64,000 bases of DNA, from positions 21,618 through 85,617 of the forward strand of contig JBGGOQ010000002.1 of assembly GCA_041320695.1 (NCBI GenBank), written 5' to 3'. Every line of letters starts with the position of its first letter. Position 1 is the first letter of the stretch. The notes below the pieces were generated by a model. The model was not told the DNA's origin. It worked only from the letters and a program-made list of their open reading frames with translations, and did not search any database. The translations under genes were made by a program, and so were the position numbers. This stretch comes from Caldicellulosiruptoraceae bacterium PP1 (GTDB lineage: Bacteria; Bacillota; Thermoanaerobacteria; Caldicellulosiruptorales; Caldicellulosiruptoraceae). Positions 49,414-58,652 of the stretch are shown one piece after another.

Positions 49414-52400
49414 ACAGTTAGAAGCAATTAATGAAAAAGATTGCAACATATTGGTATCTGCAGCAGCAGGCTCTGGCAAGACATCAGTTTTGGTTGAAAG
49501 GGTAATTCAAAGAATAACCAATGTCAATGATCCAATTGATATAGATAGAATTTTAATAATGACATTTACAAATGCAGCAGCATCTGAAATGAAGGAAAGG
49601 ATTTTAAAGGTTCTTACAGAAAAAATAGAAGAAAACCCACAATCAGATTTTCTTCAAAGGCAGATAAGTCTAATTGAGAAAGCTTATATATCTACCATTC
49701 ATTCATTTTGCCTTGATGTTATTAGAAATAACTATCACGTATTGAATATTGACCCTACTTTTAGGGTAATGGACGAAATGGAAAGCAAACTTATGAAATT
49801 AGAGGTACTAAAAGAATTATTTGAAGACCTATATGAAAAGCAGGATAAAGATTTTATCAAATTATTGGACTGGTTTAATATTTATAAAAATGATAAAAGA
49901 CTTCAGGATATTATTCTTTCAATACACACATTTATTCAGAGTTTTCCATACCCTGATGAATGGTTTGAAAGAAAATTAGAAGAACTGAAAAGATATCAAG
50001 ATAGTAATTACTTTGAGGAAGATTATTTGCCAATTATCATTAATAAATTAAAAGATGAAATAGAGGATATTTTAAAATTAGAAGATATTGCATTAAGTAT
50101 CATTAATCAAAACTTAGAACTTAAAAAATATAAAGAAACATTTGAAACTGATTATAACAGTATATTAAATTTATTCAGTTTATTAAATAGCAGTTGCAAT
50201 TGGAATGAGATACACAATAGTTTTCAAACAATAAATTTTGGGAGGTTACCAATTATCAGAAATATAGAAGATACTAAAATGCAGGATAAGGTAAAAGAGA
50301 TAAGAGATGATATTAAAAAACGAATTGGTAAATTGAAGGATAAATTTTTCAAATTTAATTTGCAGGATATTCAAGACCAATTTAAAGAACTATTTCCTGT
50401 ATTGAATAGCTTAAAAAACCTTGTTTTTATGTTTTCTGAAAGATTTGATAAAAAGAAAAACATGAGGTCTTTAATAGACTTTAACGATATAGAGCATTTG
50501 TGTTTAAGAATATTATCAGAAAAGATAGGTAATGAAATAGTCCCTTCTGACATAGCAAAAAGATACAAAGAGCAGTTTGAAGAAATAATGGTTGATGAAT
50601 ATCAGGATAGCAATATAGTTCAGGATATGATAGTTAATTTAATATCAAGATGTGATTCAGATAAACCAAATGTTTTTATGGTAGGGGATGTAAAACAAAG
50701 CATTTACAGATTTAGACAGGCAAGTCCAGAACTTTTTTTGGAGAAATACAAAAGCTATTCAACACAAAAAGGCGAAAAGACAAGAAAGATTTTGCTTTAT
50801 AAGAATTTTAGAAGCAGAAAAGAGATAATAAATGCTGTAAATTTTATATTTTCTCAGATTATGTCAGAGTCGGCAGGCGAAATTAATTATGATGATAATG
50901 AAGCACTTATTTTAGGTGCAAATTATCCTGAAATAGACAATAATAACATTTTATATGGTGGGAGTGTAGAGCTATTCTTAATTGATGATAATGCATTAAG
51001 CAATAATATAGAAGAGAGTCAAGACAGCAACAGTAAAGATGAAGAGTCTAACTTACCAGATGAAACAGAATTGGAAGAGTCAATTGACAATATACAGTGT
51101 GAAGCAAGGCTTGTTGCAGAACAGATAAAAAGGCTTGTAAGTCAAGATATTAATGGTAAATATTATCATATATTTGATAAAGATAAAAATGAATATAGAA
51201 GGGTAGAGTATAAAGACATTGTTATATTGCTTAGAACAACAGCTAATTGGGCAGATGTATTTGTAGATGAACTGACACAGAGAGGTATACCAGTTTTTGC
51301 AGATACAGGGGCAGGTTTTTTTAAAACGGTTGAAGTGCAGGTTATGATATCACTTTTACAGATAATTGATAATCCTCTTCAGGATATCCCTTTGCTATCT
51401 GTTTTAAGATCACCTATAGCTTCTTTTACAGCAGATGAGCTTGCAGAATTAAGGATATTATATCCTCAAGAACCACTTTATTATGCATTAGCTAAATTAG
51501 CAAAAGAAGGGCAATCGCAATTATCTCAGAAAGCGTCAAAGTTTCTTCTGAATTTAAAAAGATGGAGAGAACTTGCAAAATATACACCAACTGATAAATT
51601 ACTTGACATACTATTTAGCCAAACAGGGTATTTTGACATGGCAGGTGCTATGCCAAATGGCCAGCAAAGGCAGGCAAATTTAAAAATGCTTTATGAGAAG
51701 GCAAAGCAGTTTGAAAAAACAAGCTATAAAGGGCTATTCAACTTTATAACTTTTATTGGTGAGATAATAAGTAAAAAAGGCGATACTGGAAGTGCTAAAA
51801 TACTGAGTCCTAATGATAATGTTGTTAGAATAATGAGCATACATAAAAGTAAAGGACTTGAATTTCCAGTTGTAATTCTTGCAGGTTGTGGAAAGAATTT
51901 TAATTTATCTGATTTGAATAATAGTGTTTTATTGCATAAAGAACTTGGTATAGCTACTGATATTGTAGATACTAATTTGGGAGTTAAAATGGACTCATTT
52001 TATAAGCAAATGATAAAAGAACAATTAAGGAAAGAAAATATTTCAGAAGAATTAAGGCTTCTTTATGTTGCACTTACAAGAGCTCGTGAAAAACTTATTA
52101 TTGTTGGATTAGCTAAAAATCTTTCAAAGTGTTTTGAAAACTGGATAAAAAAAGCCTCAACAAATGAGGACAAAATAAAAGACTATGAGGTGTTAACAAG
52201 TAAAAATTATCTCGATTTAATTGTTCCATGCCTTATTAGGCACAAAGGCCTAATTGACTTTAGAGAAAAACTTATTGAGGACTTTTCTGGTAAACTCATT
52301 GATGATTCTTCTATTTGGGATATAAGAGTTTGTAAAAAAGAAGATTTTTTAAAGCAAAAAGAAAAAGATGAAAAAAATAATATTGATGAGCTATTAAGAA

Positions 52401-53137
52401 ACTTAGAAGAAAAAAATAATACATCAGAGTGTTCTTCAGAGGTAACAAGAAGATTAAACTGGGAATATCCTTATATCAAAGTAACAGAAATACCATCTAA
52501 GATATCTGTAACAGAACTAAAGAGGCAGTTTGAGGTAAAATCATCAGATGAAGTATATTATTATGGAACTTCAACATTATTAGAAAAGCCAAAGTTTTTG
52601 GAAAACAAAAAGGTTTCAAGTGCTGAGATAGGGTCTTTGTATCACTTAATAATGCAGCATTTAGATTTTTCAATTGATGATGCAAGTGCTCAAATAAACA
52701 ATTTGCTCTTAAAACAGATTATTACACAAGAACAGGCTAATTTAATTGATATAGAAAAGATTAATTCATTCATGAAAACATCAATATATGAAAGGATGAA
52801 GTCAGCAAAAAACATTTACAGAGAAATACCATTTAATATTGATATACCATGTGCAGATATTTTCAGTAATTTAAAAGAAGATATATATAAAAACGAAACA
52901 ATACTTGTTCAGGGTGTAATTGATTGCTACTTTGAAGAAGATGACGGGATAATATTAATAGATTATAAAACAGATAAAGTTTCAATGGGAAATTTAGGAG
53001 ATAGCATAGAAAAAATAAAAGAAAAATACAAACTTCAGATTGAATACTATTCAAAAGCTTTAGAAAGGCTGACGCAAAAGAAAATAAAAGAAAAATACAT
53101 CTATCTTTTCAGCTGTGATAAGTTAATAGAGTTTTGA
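49394..53137 (+). CDS. addA: ATP-dependent helicase/nuclease subunit A (AddA, UvrD-like helicase + RecB nuclease)
   Basis: MSKWTNEQLEAI...AAAGSGKT (UvrD motif I), helicase motifs, and a C-terminal RecB-family nuclease (…GVIDCYFEEDDGIILIDYKTD). Start overlaps the addB 3' end. Confidence 0.9.
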   Translation: MSKWTNEQLEAINEKDCNILVSAAAGSGKTSVLVERVIQRITNVNDPIDIDRILIMTFTNAAASEMKERILKVLTEKIEENPQSDFLQRQISLIEKAYISTIHSFCLDVIRNNYHVLNIDPTFRVMDEMESKLMKLEVLKELFEDLYEKQDKDFIKLLDWFNIYKNDKRLQDIILSIHTFIQSFPYPDEWFERKLEELKRYQDSNYFEEDYLPIIINKLKDEIEDILKLEDIALSIINQNLELKKYKETFETDYNSILNLFSLLNSSCNWNEIHNSFQTINFGRLPIIRNIEDTKMQDKVKEIRDDIKKRIGKLKDKFFKFNLQDIQDQFKELFPVLNSLKNLVFMFSERFDKKKNMRSLIDFNDIEHLCLRILSEKIGNEIVPSDIAKRYKEQFEEIMVDEYQDSNIVQDMIVNLISRCDSDKPNVFMVGDVKQSIYRFRQASPELFLEKYKSYSTQKGEKTRKILLYKNFRSRKEIINAVNFIFSQIMSESAGEINYDDNEALILGANYPEIDNNNILYGGSVELFLIDDNALSNNIEESQDSNSKDEESNLPDETELEESIDNIQCEARLVAEQIKRLVSQDINGKYYHIFDKDKNEYRRVEYKDIVILLRTTANWADVFVDELTQRGIPVFADTGAGFFKTVEVQVMISLLQIIDNPLQDIPLLSVLRSPIASFTADELAELRILYPQEPLYYALAKLAKEGQSQLSQKASKFLLNLKRWRELAKYTPTDKLLDILFSQTGYFDMAGAMPNGQQRQANLKMLYEKAKQFEKTSYKGLFNFITFIGEIISKKGDTGSAKILSPNDNVVRIMSIHKSKGLEFPVVILAGCGKNFNLSDLNNSVLLHKELGIATDIVDTNLGVKMDSFYKQMIKEQLRKENISEELRLLYVALTRAREKLIIVGLAKNLSKCFENWIKKASTNEDKIKDYEVLTSKNYLDLIVPCLIRHKGLIDFREKLIEDFSGKLIDDSSIWDIRVCKKEDFLKQKEKDEKNNIDELLRNLEEKNNTSECSSEVTRRLNWEYPYIKVTEIPSKISVTELKRQFEVKSSDEVYYYGTSTLLEKPKFLENKKVSSAEIGSLYHLIMQHLDFSIDDASAQINNLLLKQIITQEQANLIDIEKINSFMKTSIYERMKSAKNIYREIPFNIDIPCADIFSNLKEDIYKNETILVQGVIDCYFEEDDGIILIDYKTDKVSMGNLGDSIEKIKEKYKLQIEYYSKALERLTQKKIKEKYIYLFSCDKLIEF

Positions 53138-53144
53138 AGAAAAT

Positions 53145-53175
53145 AAGGCTATCCAAGGAGATGGCCTTATTTTTA
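53145..53175 (+). terminator. intrinsic terminator after addA
   Basis: AAGGCTATCC ... GGAGATGGCCTT followed by ATTTTTAGG (one mismatch in the stem). Confidence 0.4.
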
Positions 53176-53634
53176 GGTTCAATAATAAATGTTGGGGTGG
53201 TAATTCCAACATTTATTTTTTGAAATAAAAAAATGCACTTTATTCAAATGCCTACTTTAATAAAAACTTTGATAAAGTATAATTAAAAAACTTATAAGGA
53301 GGCATCTGATAAAGTACATAACAACAAATTATCCAAGTATAATATTATCAATGATTTGCTTAATTTGAAAGATGTTTTAGTAAAAAAAGTTACTAACAAC
53401 AATGATGTTGTTGTAATATTTTTAAACCAACTGCTTTGTTGGTCTATTTTATCATGCTTATCTTTTTATTTTATATTTATTAAATTATTCAAATTTAAAA
53501 ATACCTTTTAAAATAAGTAAAGGTAGGCATTTGATTAATTTACCTACCCCAACTATTGACATAGAGCCTTAATTCTTATACATTTTGAAATACTTGTTCA
53601 CTGTAATGTTAGGGTGAGCCATTCATATTTTATC

Positions 53635-55581
53635 ATTTACATCCCTTATAGGTAGGCTAAGAACAAAAGAAATCTTGACCTTGAATGGACAGAAGTAAAA
53701 TAGTTTCAATCCCTTATAGGTAGGCTAAAAACGGTGCATGGTTAGCCAAGAACAAAATCCAAAATAGATGTTTCAATCCCTTATAGGTAGGCTAAAAACC
53801 AGGTCATATCCTTCATATTTTTCAAGGAATTCTAAGTTTCAATCCCTTATAGGTAGGCTAAAAACGCTGGAAAAAGCAGATGTAAACATGGTAGGAAGAT
53901 GTTTCAATCCCTTATAGGTAGGCTAAAAACTTAAGTTTTCTAAAGTACAACGTGGCACTTCTTTAGTTTCAATCCCTTATAGGTAGGCTAAAAACCTTAA
54001 AAGAATTAGTCGAGGCAATTCGGGAAAGCGTGTTTCAATCCCTTATAGGTAGGCTAAAAACTGACTAACAATAGTTTTATTAGAAAGAATGCCAACGTTT
54101 CAATCCCTTATAGGTAGGCTAAAAACTTTTTTATTTCTTGCCATTCATACACTTTATCAGCGTTTCAATCCCTTATAGGTAGGCTAAAAACTCAGACAAA
54201 TTTAAAGGTAATTATAATCAAATGGCAGTTTCAATCCCTTATAAGTAGGCTAAAAACCAGTCCAAAAGTTGCAGCCTGTATCAAAAAAGAATGTTTCAAT
54301 CCCTTATAGGTAGGCTAAAAACTATAACACTTGGAGTTATTTTGTGTTTACTAATATTTGTTTCAATCCCTTATAGGTAGGCTAAAAACCTTATGAAGAA
54401 GACTCAACAGTATCAACAGAACAGATGTTTCAATCCCTTATAGGTAGGCTAAAAACTCTGTCTTTTATATTATTTTGTAGCATGTATTCAAGTTTCAATC
54501 CCTTATAGGTAGGCTAAAAACAGTCATAATCATTAGTAACTTTAAAAACTGGTATAAGTTTCAATCCCTTATAGGTAGGCTAAAAACCCAGCAGGCTTTG
54601 ATTGCCTGCTGCAGGAATGCAGGGTTTCAATCCCTTATAGGTAGGCTAAAAACTGATGAAAAATAAATTTTTACTTGTCTGTTATTAGGGTTTCAATCCC
54701 TTATAGGTAGGCTAAAAACGTGGCACCAGAACAAACTTTTTATTCATCAGTTAATGTTTCAATCCCTTATAGGTAGGCTAAAAACGCTAAAAAAGGACCT
54801 GATAGTGTGGAGTATGGAATGTTTCAATCCCTTATAGGTAGGCTAAAAACGATTGTCAGGTCTGCCACTGTCTTGCTGGCAAGGTAGTTTCAATCCCTTA
54901 TAGGTAGGCTAAAAACTTGGCAGATGATATATAGCAACCCAACTGATCCAGGTTTCAATCCCTTATAGGTAGGCTAAAAACCTTGTTTGATACATTTGCA
55001 TGATGGACCACCGACGAGTGTTTCAATCCCTTATAGGTAGGCTAAAAACTGACAGAGAAACAAGGACAAGAAGCATTTTAGATATGTTTCAATCCCTTAT
55101 AGGTAGGCTAAAAACCGTTTCCCTCATTCTCTTTTCCAACGTCATCACCTCCGTTTCAATCCCTTATAGGTAGGCTAAAAACCTAAAGTTGTCGAGGAAA
55201 TAAGACAAATGATATCGGCGTTTCAATCCCTTATAGGTAGGCTAAAAACGAGCAACAAAATATTGACTATTCAGTAATTGATATTGCGTTTCAATCCCTT
55301 ATAGGTAGGCTAAAAACTTCAGCCCAAAAAGTTAAGGAAACTGAACAACAGGTGTTTCAATCCCTTATAGGTAGGCTAAAAACGCCACCAGACAGCGAAA
55401 TAGAGCGTTTACAACGTTAGTTTCAATCCCTTATAGGTAGGCTAAAAACATGGTTTTCCGGTCATTGGTGTTATCAATTATGATTGTTTCAATCCCTTAT
55501 AGGTAGGCTAAAAACAATCAACTGAAAATATTATAAGTTTCAGGAAGCGGAGTTTCAATCCCTTATAGGTAGGCTAAAAAC
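53635..55581 (-). CRISPR. CRISPR array with 30 repeats (29 perfect or near-perfect plus 1 degenerate terminal repeat) and 29 spacers of 35-38 nt
   Basis: The 30-nt repeat GTTTCAATCCCTTATAGGTAGGCTAAAAAC on the plus strand is GTTTTTAGCCTACCTATAAGGGATTGAAAC on the minus strand, ending in the ATTGAAAC 5'-handle motif. Repeats were located individually (first at 53703, last at 55552). The degenerate repeat ATTTACATCCCTTATAGGTAGGCTAAGAAC at 53635-53664 marks the trailer end. An AT-rich leader follows 55581. The repeat at 54228 carries a G-to-A variant. Confidence 0.95.
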
Positions 55582-55692
55582 ACGTAGAGAGCTTGAAAAT
55601 ACTATAGCATATATATACACAATGCATTTTGTAAAAAACCTGTAACAATTAAATTTTACCACTTATTAAAGTATTGTCAAGTATTTGAAGAT

Positions 55693-55759
55693 AAAAAAAT
55701 TTTCCCGTCGACCTCCAGGGGTTTTTACACTATCTTAGGTCGACGGGATATTTTTTACT
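55693..55759. terminator. bidirectional hairpin between the ROK gene 3' end and the CRISPR leader
   Basis: CCCGTCGACC (55704-55713) and GGTCGACGGG (55738-55747) are perfect 10-bp arms with a 24-nt loop, flanked by A7 and T6 runs. Confidence 0.4.
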
Positions 55760-55856
55760 ACCATTTTAATAAAAATAAATAAACTAATAAATATTTATAA
55801 ATAAAATTAACTCATGGTAAGCTAAATATTTATGAAAGCGGGTAAATTGACTAAAA

Positions 55857-57068
55857 CTATAAAGCATTAATTGAATATTCATAGCCCATAAACCTATTTA
55901 TTGAATGTATTGCTGCTCCAATTGCAGAACTAAATTTACCTAACTCTGTTACTTTTATTTCACATGAGGCTCTATTACTTTTTAGTGCCTTTTTTTCGAC
56001 AATGTCATTTACCTTTGAAAGCAATATATCTTTAAAAAGAATTATATCTCCCCCAAGAATAATCATTCTTGGATTAATCAAATTGATTACACTTGAAATA
56101 CCAATTGCAGTGTACTTTGATGCAGATTGCAAAACTCTTAAACAAAGTTCATCTCCATCATTAGCACAGTTAACAATATTCTCTAAACTTATCTCATTTA
56201 TATCAAATCTTTCAAATAGAATACTACTTTCGCCTTGTTTCATATACATTATCATTCTTTTTATAATACTCGGTGTTGAAACCATTGTCTCAAGACAACC
56301 GAAGTTACCACACCCACATAAAGGACCATCTTCTTTTACTGTAATATGACCAAGCTCACCCGCATTTCCACTTGTTCCTTTATATAACTGACTGTTTATA
56401 TATATGCCCGAACCAACGCCGCTTTTTATATTTATAGCCATAAAATTATTGATATTCTTTGCAAGGCCAACATGCTTTTCTGCTATTGCAGAAAGCCTTG
56501 ATTCGTTTTCGATGGCTATTGTATTTCTAAATATACTGAAAAGAGATTCTTTAATATCAACTTCATTCCAATTTAAGTTGGGTGCAAGTTCAATTTTCTC
56601 ATCTTTGCTAATTAAACCGGGAATTGATATACCAATTCCTTTTATCATATCTTTTGATAAGTTAAAATTGTTAACAAAATTATTATAAATCTCAATAACA
56701 TGTTCTATAAATTCAAAAGGACTGAAGGCTGGGGTATTAATCTCAAAGGAGGATAAAACCTTCATATCAAAACTTAATAATACTGTTCTTATAATACCTA
56801 CATCAATATCAATACCAATAAAATAGCCATAATCAGGATTTAAAGTAACAAGCTGCGAAGGTCTTCCGCCTGTTGATTCAGCAACCCCAGCGTTTAAAAT
56901 AAGACCTTCATTGAGCATAGAACTTGTTATCTCTGAGATTGTAGTAGGAGTAAGCTTGGTAATATTCTTTATTTCAGCCTTTGAAATAACTCCTGCATTT
57001 CTAATTGTGTCAAAAACCTGAAACCTATTTAGCCTTTTCAAAAACTTACTGTTACCAGGTAGTTTCAT
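55857..57068 (-). CDS. ROK-family transcriptional regulator (XylR-like; N-terminal HTH + sugar-kinase-like domain)
   Basis: N-terminal wHTH region and a ROK domain with a Zn-binding cysteine cluster (CGCGNFGCLE). Confidence 0.85.
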   Translation of the reverse strand: MKLPGNSKFLKRLNRFQVFDTIRNAGVISKAEIKNITKLTPTTISEITSSMLNEGLILNAGVAESTGGRPSQLVTLNPDYGYFIGIDIDVGIIRTVLLSFDMKVLSSFEINTPAFSPFEFIEHVIEIYNNFVNNFNLSKDMIKGIGISIPGLISKDEKIELAPNLNWNEVDIKESLFSIFRNTIAIENESRLSAIAEKHVGLAKNINNFMAINIKSGVGSGIYINSQLYKGTSGNAGELGHITVKEDGPLCGCGNFGCLETMVSTPSIIKRMIMYMKQGESSILFERFDINEISLENIVNCANDGDELCLRVLQSASKYTAIGISSVINLINPRMIILGGDIILFKDILLSKVNDIVEKKALKSNRASCEIKVTELGKFSSAIGAAIHSINRFMGYEYSINAL

Positions 57069-57085
57069 AAAAAACCCTACTTTGC

Positions 57086-58402
57086 CTATTCAAACATATA
57101 TTGATTTAATATAGCTTCGAGTAATTCTTGCTTGCCAGACTTGTTTGTGATTTTTCCAAGATTTAAAGCATATTCTTCAAGCTTTTTGAAATCTGCTTTT
57201 CCAGAAACAATATCTAAACCAATGCCTTCTTTATAGCTTGCATATCTTTCTTCAATAAATTTATCAAGAACGCCATCTTTTACTAATTTATGAGCAATCT
57301 TAAAGCCTTTCGCGAATGCATCCATACCAGCTATATGAGCTATAAATAGGTCTTCAACTTCAAAAGAACCTCTTCTTACCTTAGCATCAAAGTTAAGGCC
57401 ACCCTTATCAAATCCACCTGCTTTTATAACCTCATACATAGCAAGAGTGGTCATCTTAATATCTGTTGGGAATTGGTCTGTATCCCATCCAAGCATTGGA
57501 TCCCCCATGTTAGCATCAATTGAACCAAATAGACCATTTATTCTTGCAAATCTTAATTCATGTTGAAAATCATGATAAGCTAAAGTTGCGTGGTTTGCCT
57601 CTATATTCAATTTGAAATACTTATCAAGACCATATTTCTTTAGGAATGCTAAAACATTAGCACCATCAAAATCATATTGATGCTTTGTTGGTTCCTTTGG
57701 TTTTGGTTCTATTAAAAATTGTCCGTCAAATCCAATTTCTTTTGCATAGTCAACAGCCATTTGAAGGAATCTTGCAAGGTTATCAAGCTCAAGTTCCATA
57801 TTAGTATTTAAAAGTGTTTCGTATCCTTCTCTTCCGCCCCAGAATACATAGTTTTCACCGTCAAGCTCTTTGGTTACTTCCATAGCCTTTTTAACCTGTG
57901 CTGCAGCATAAGCAAAGACATCTGCATTGCATGAAGTTGCAGCACCATGAACATATCTTGGGTTGGAGAAAAGATTTGCAGTACCCCACAAAAGCTTTGT
58001 ATTGCTTGTTTTTAGATATTCTTTCATTAATGAAACAATTTCGTCAAGGTTTTTATTGCTTTCTCTTAAATTACTTCCTTCTGGTGCAATGTCTCTATCA
58101 TGGAAGCAGAAGAAAGGTACATCTAATTTTTCAAAGAATTCAAAAGCTGCTTCAAGTTTTGCCTTTGCTAAATCCATAGGGTCAGAAATGCTATCCCATG
58201 GTCTTAACATTGTGCCAACACCAAATGGGTCGCTTCCTGTTCCCATAAATGTATGCCAATAAGCAATCGCAAAACGCATATGTTCTTTCATTGTTTTGCC
58301 ATCAATAACTTCATCGGGATTATAGTACTTAAATGCTAATGGGTTTGTTGATTTTGGTCCTTCATATTTGATTTTTGGAATATCTTTAAAATATTTACTC
58401 AT
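57086..58402 (-). CDS. xylA: xylose isomerase
   Basis: [29 protein letters not shown]...FCFHDRD...WGGREG are classic XylA signatures. The start at 58402 (MSKYF) follows GGAGG. The ORF track extends 5 codons further. Confidence 0.9.
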   Translation of the reverse strand: MSKYFKDIPKIKYEGPKSTNPLAFKYYNPDEVIDGKTMKEHMRFAIAYWHTFMGTGSDPFGVGTMLRPWDSISDPMDLAKAKLEAAFEFFEKLDVPFFCFHDRDIAPEGSNLRESNKNLDEIVSLMKEYLKTSNTKLLWGTANLFSNPRYVHGAATSCNADVFAYAAAQVKKAMEVTKELDGENYVFWGGREGYETLLNTNMELELDNLARFLQMAVDYAKEIGFDGQFLIEPKPKEPTKHQYDFDGANVLAFLKKYGLDKYFKLNIEANHATLAYHDFQHELRFARINGLFGSIDANMGDPMLGWDTDQFPTDIKMTTLAMYEVIKAGGFDKGGLNFDAKVRRGSFEVEDLFIAHIAGMDAFAKGFKIAHKLVKDGVLDKFIEERYASYKEGIGLDIVSGKADFKKLEEYALNLGKITNKSGKQELLEAILNQYMFE

Positions 58403-58486
58403 TAATAAAACCTCCATACTTTTTAATATGAAATTAAAAATATCAACAAAAATAATCCATAATTAACGTATACAACAATTAATTTT

Positions 58487-58521
58487 TATATACTTTTTAA
58501 TATTAAATTAAAAAGTATATA
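58487..58521. promoter_or_regulatory. 15-bp perfect inverted repeat TATATACTTTTTAAT-N5-ATTAAAAAGTATATA (candidate operator)
   Basis: Arms at 58487-58501 and 58507-58521 in the divergent intergenic region between xylA and the GH35-like gene. Confidence 0.4.
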
Positions 58522-58652
58522 CATATACAATATACCTTTTTATTTATCCTGTCAAGATACAGTTATTTATTTTATAAAATTATATTGAAAATATACAAAT
58601 AAAATGATAGGATAAGATTACTAAAACGTTTTATCAAGGAGAAGATGATAAA

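Noticed and set aside
53138-53634. Searched the 500-bp gap between addA and the CRISPR array for a small cas gene or leader
   Set aside because: Only short, hydrophobic, RBS-less reading frames (48 aa or less) were found. The degenerate terminal repeat on this side indicates the trailer end, not the leader.
56002-56688. Plus-strand ORFs of 115 and 94 aa within the ROK gene
   Set aside because: Antisense to a CDS with clear ROK family motifs, including the Zn-binding CGCGNFGCLE.
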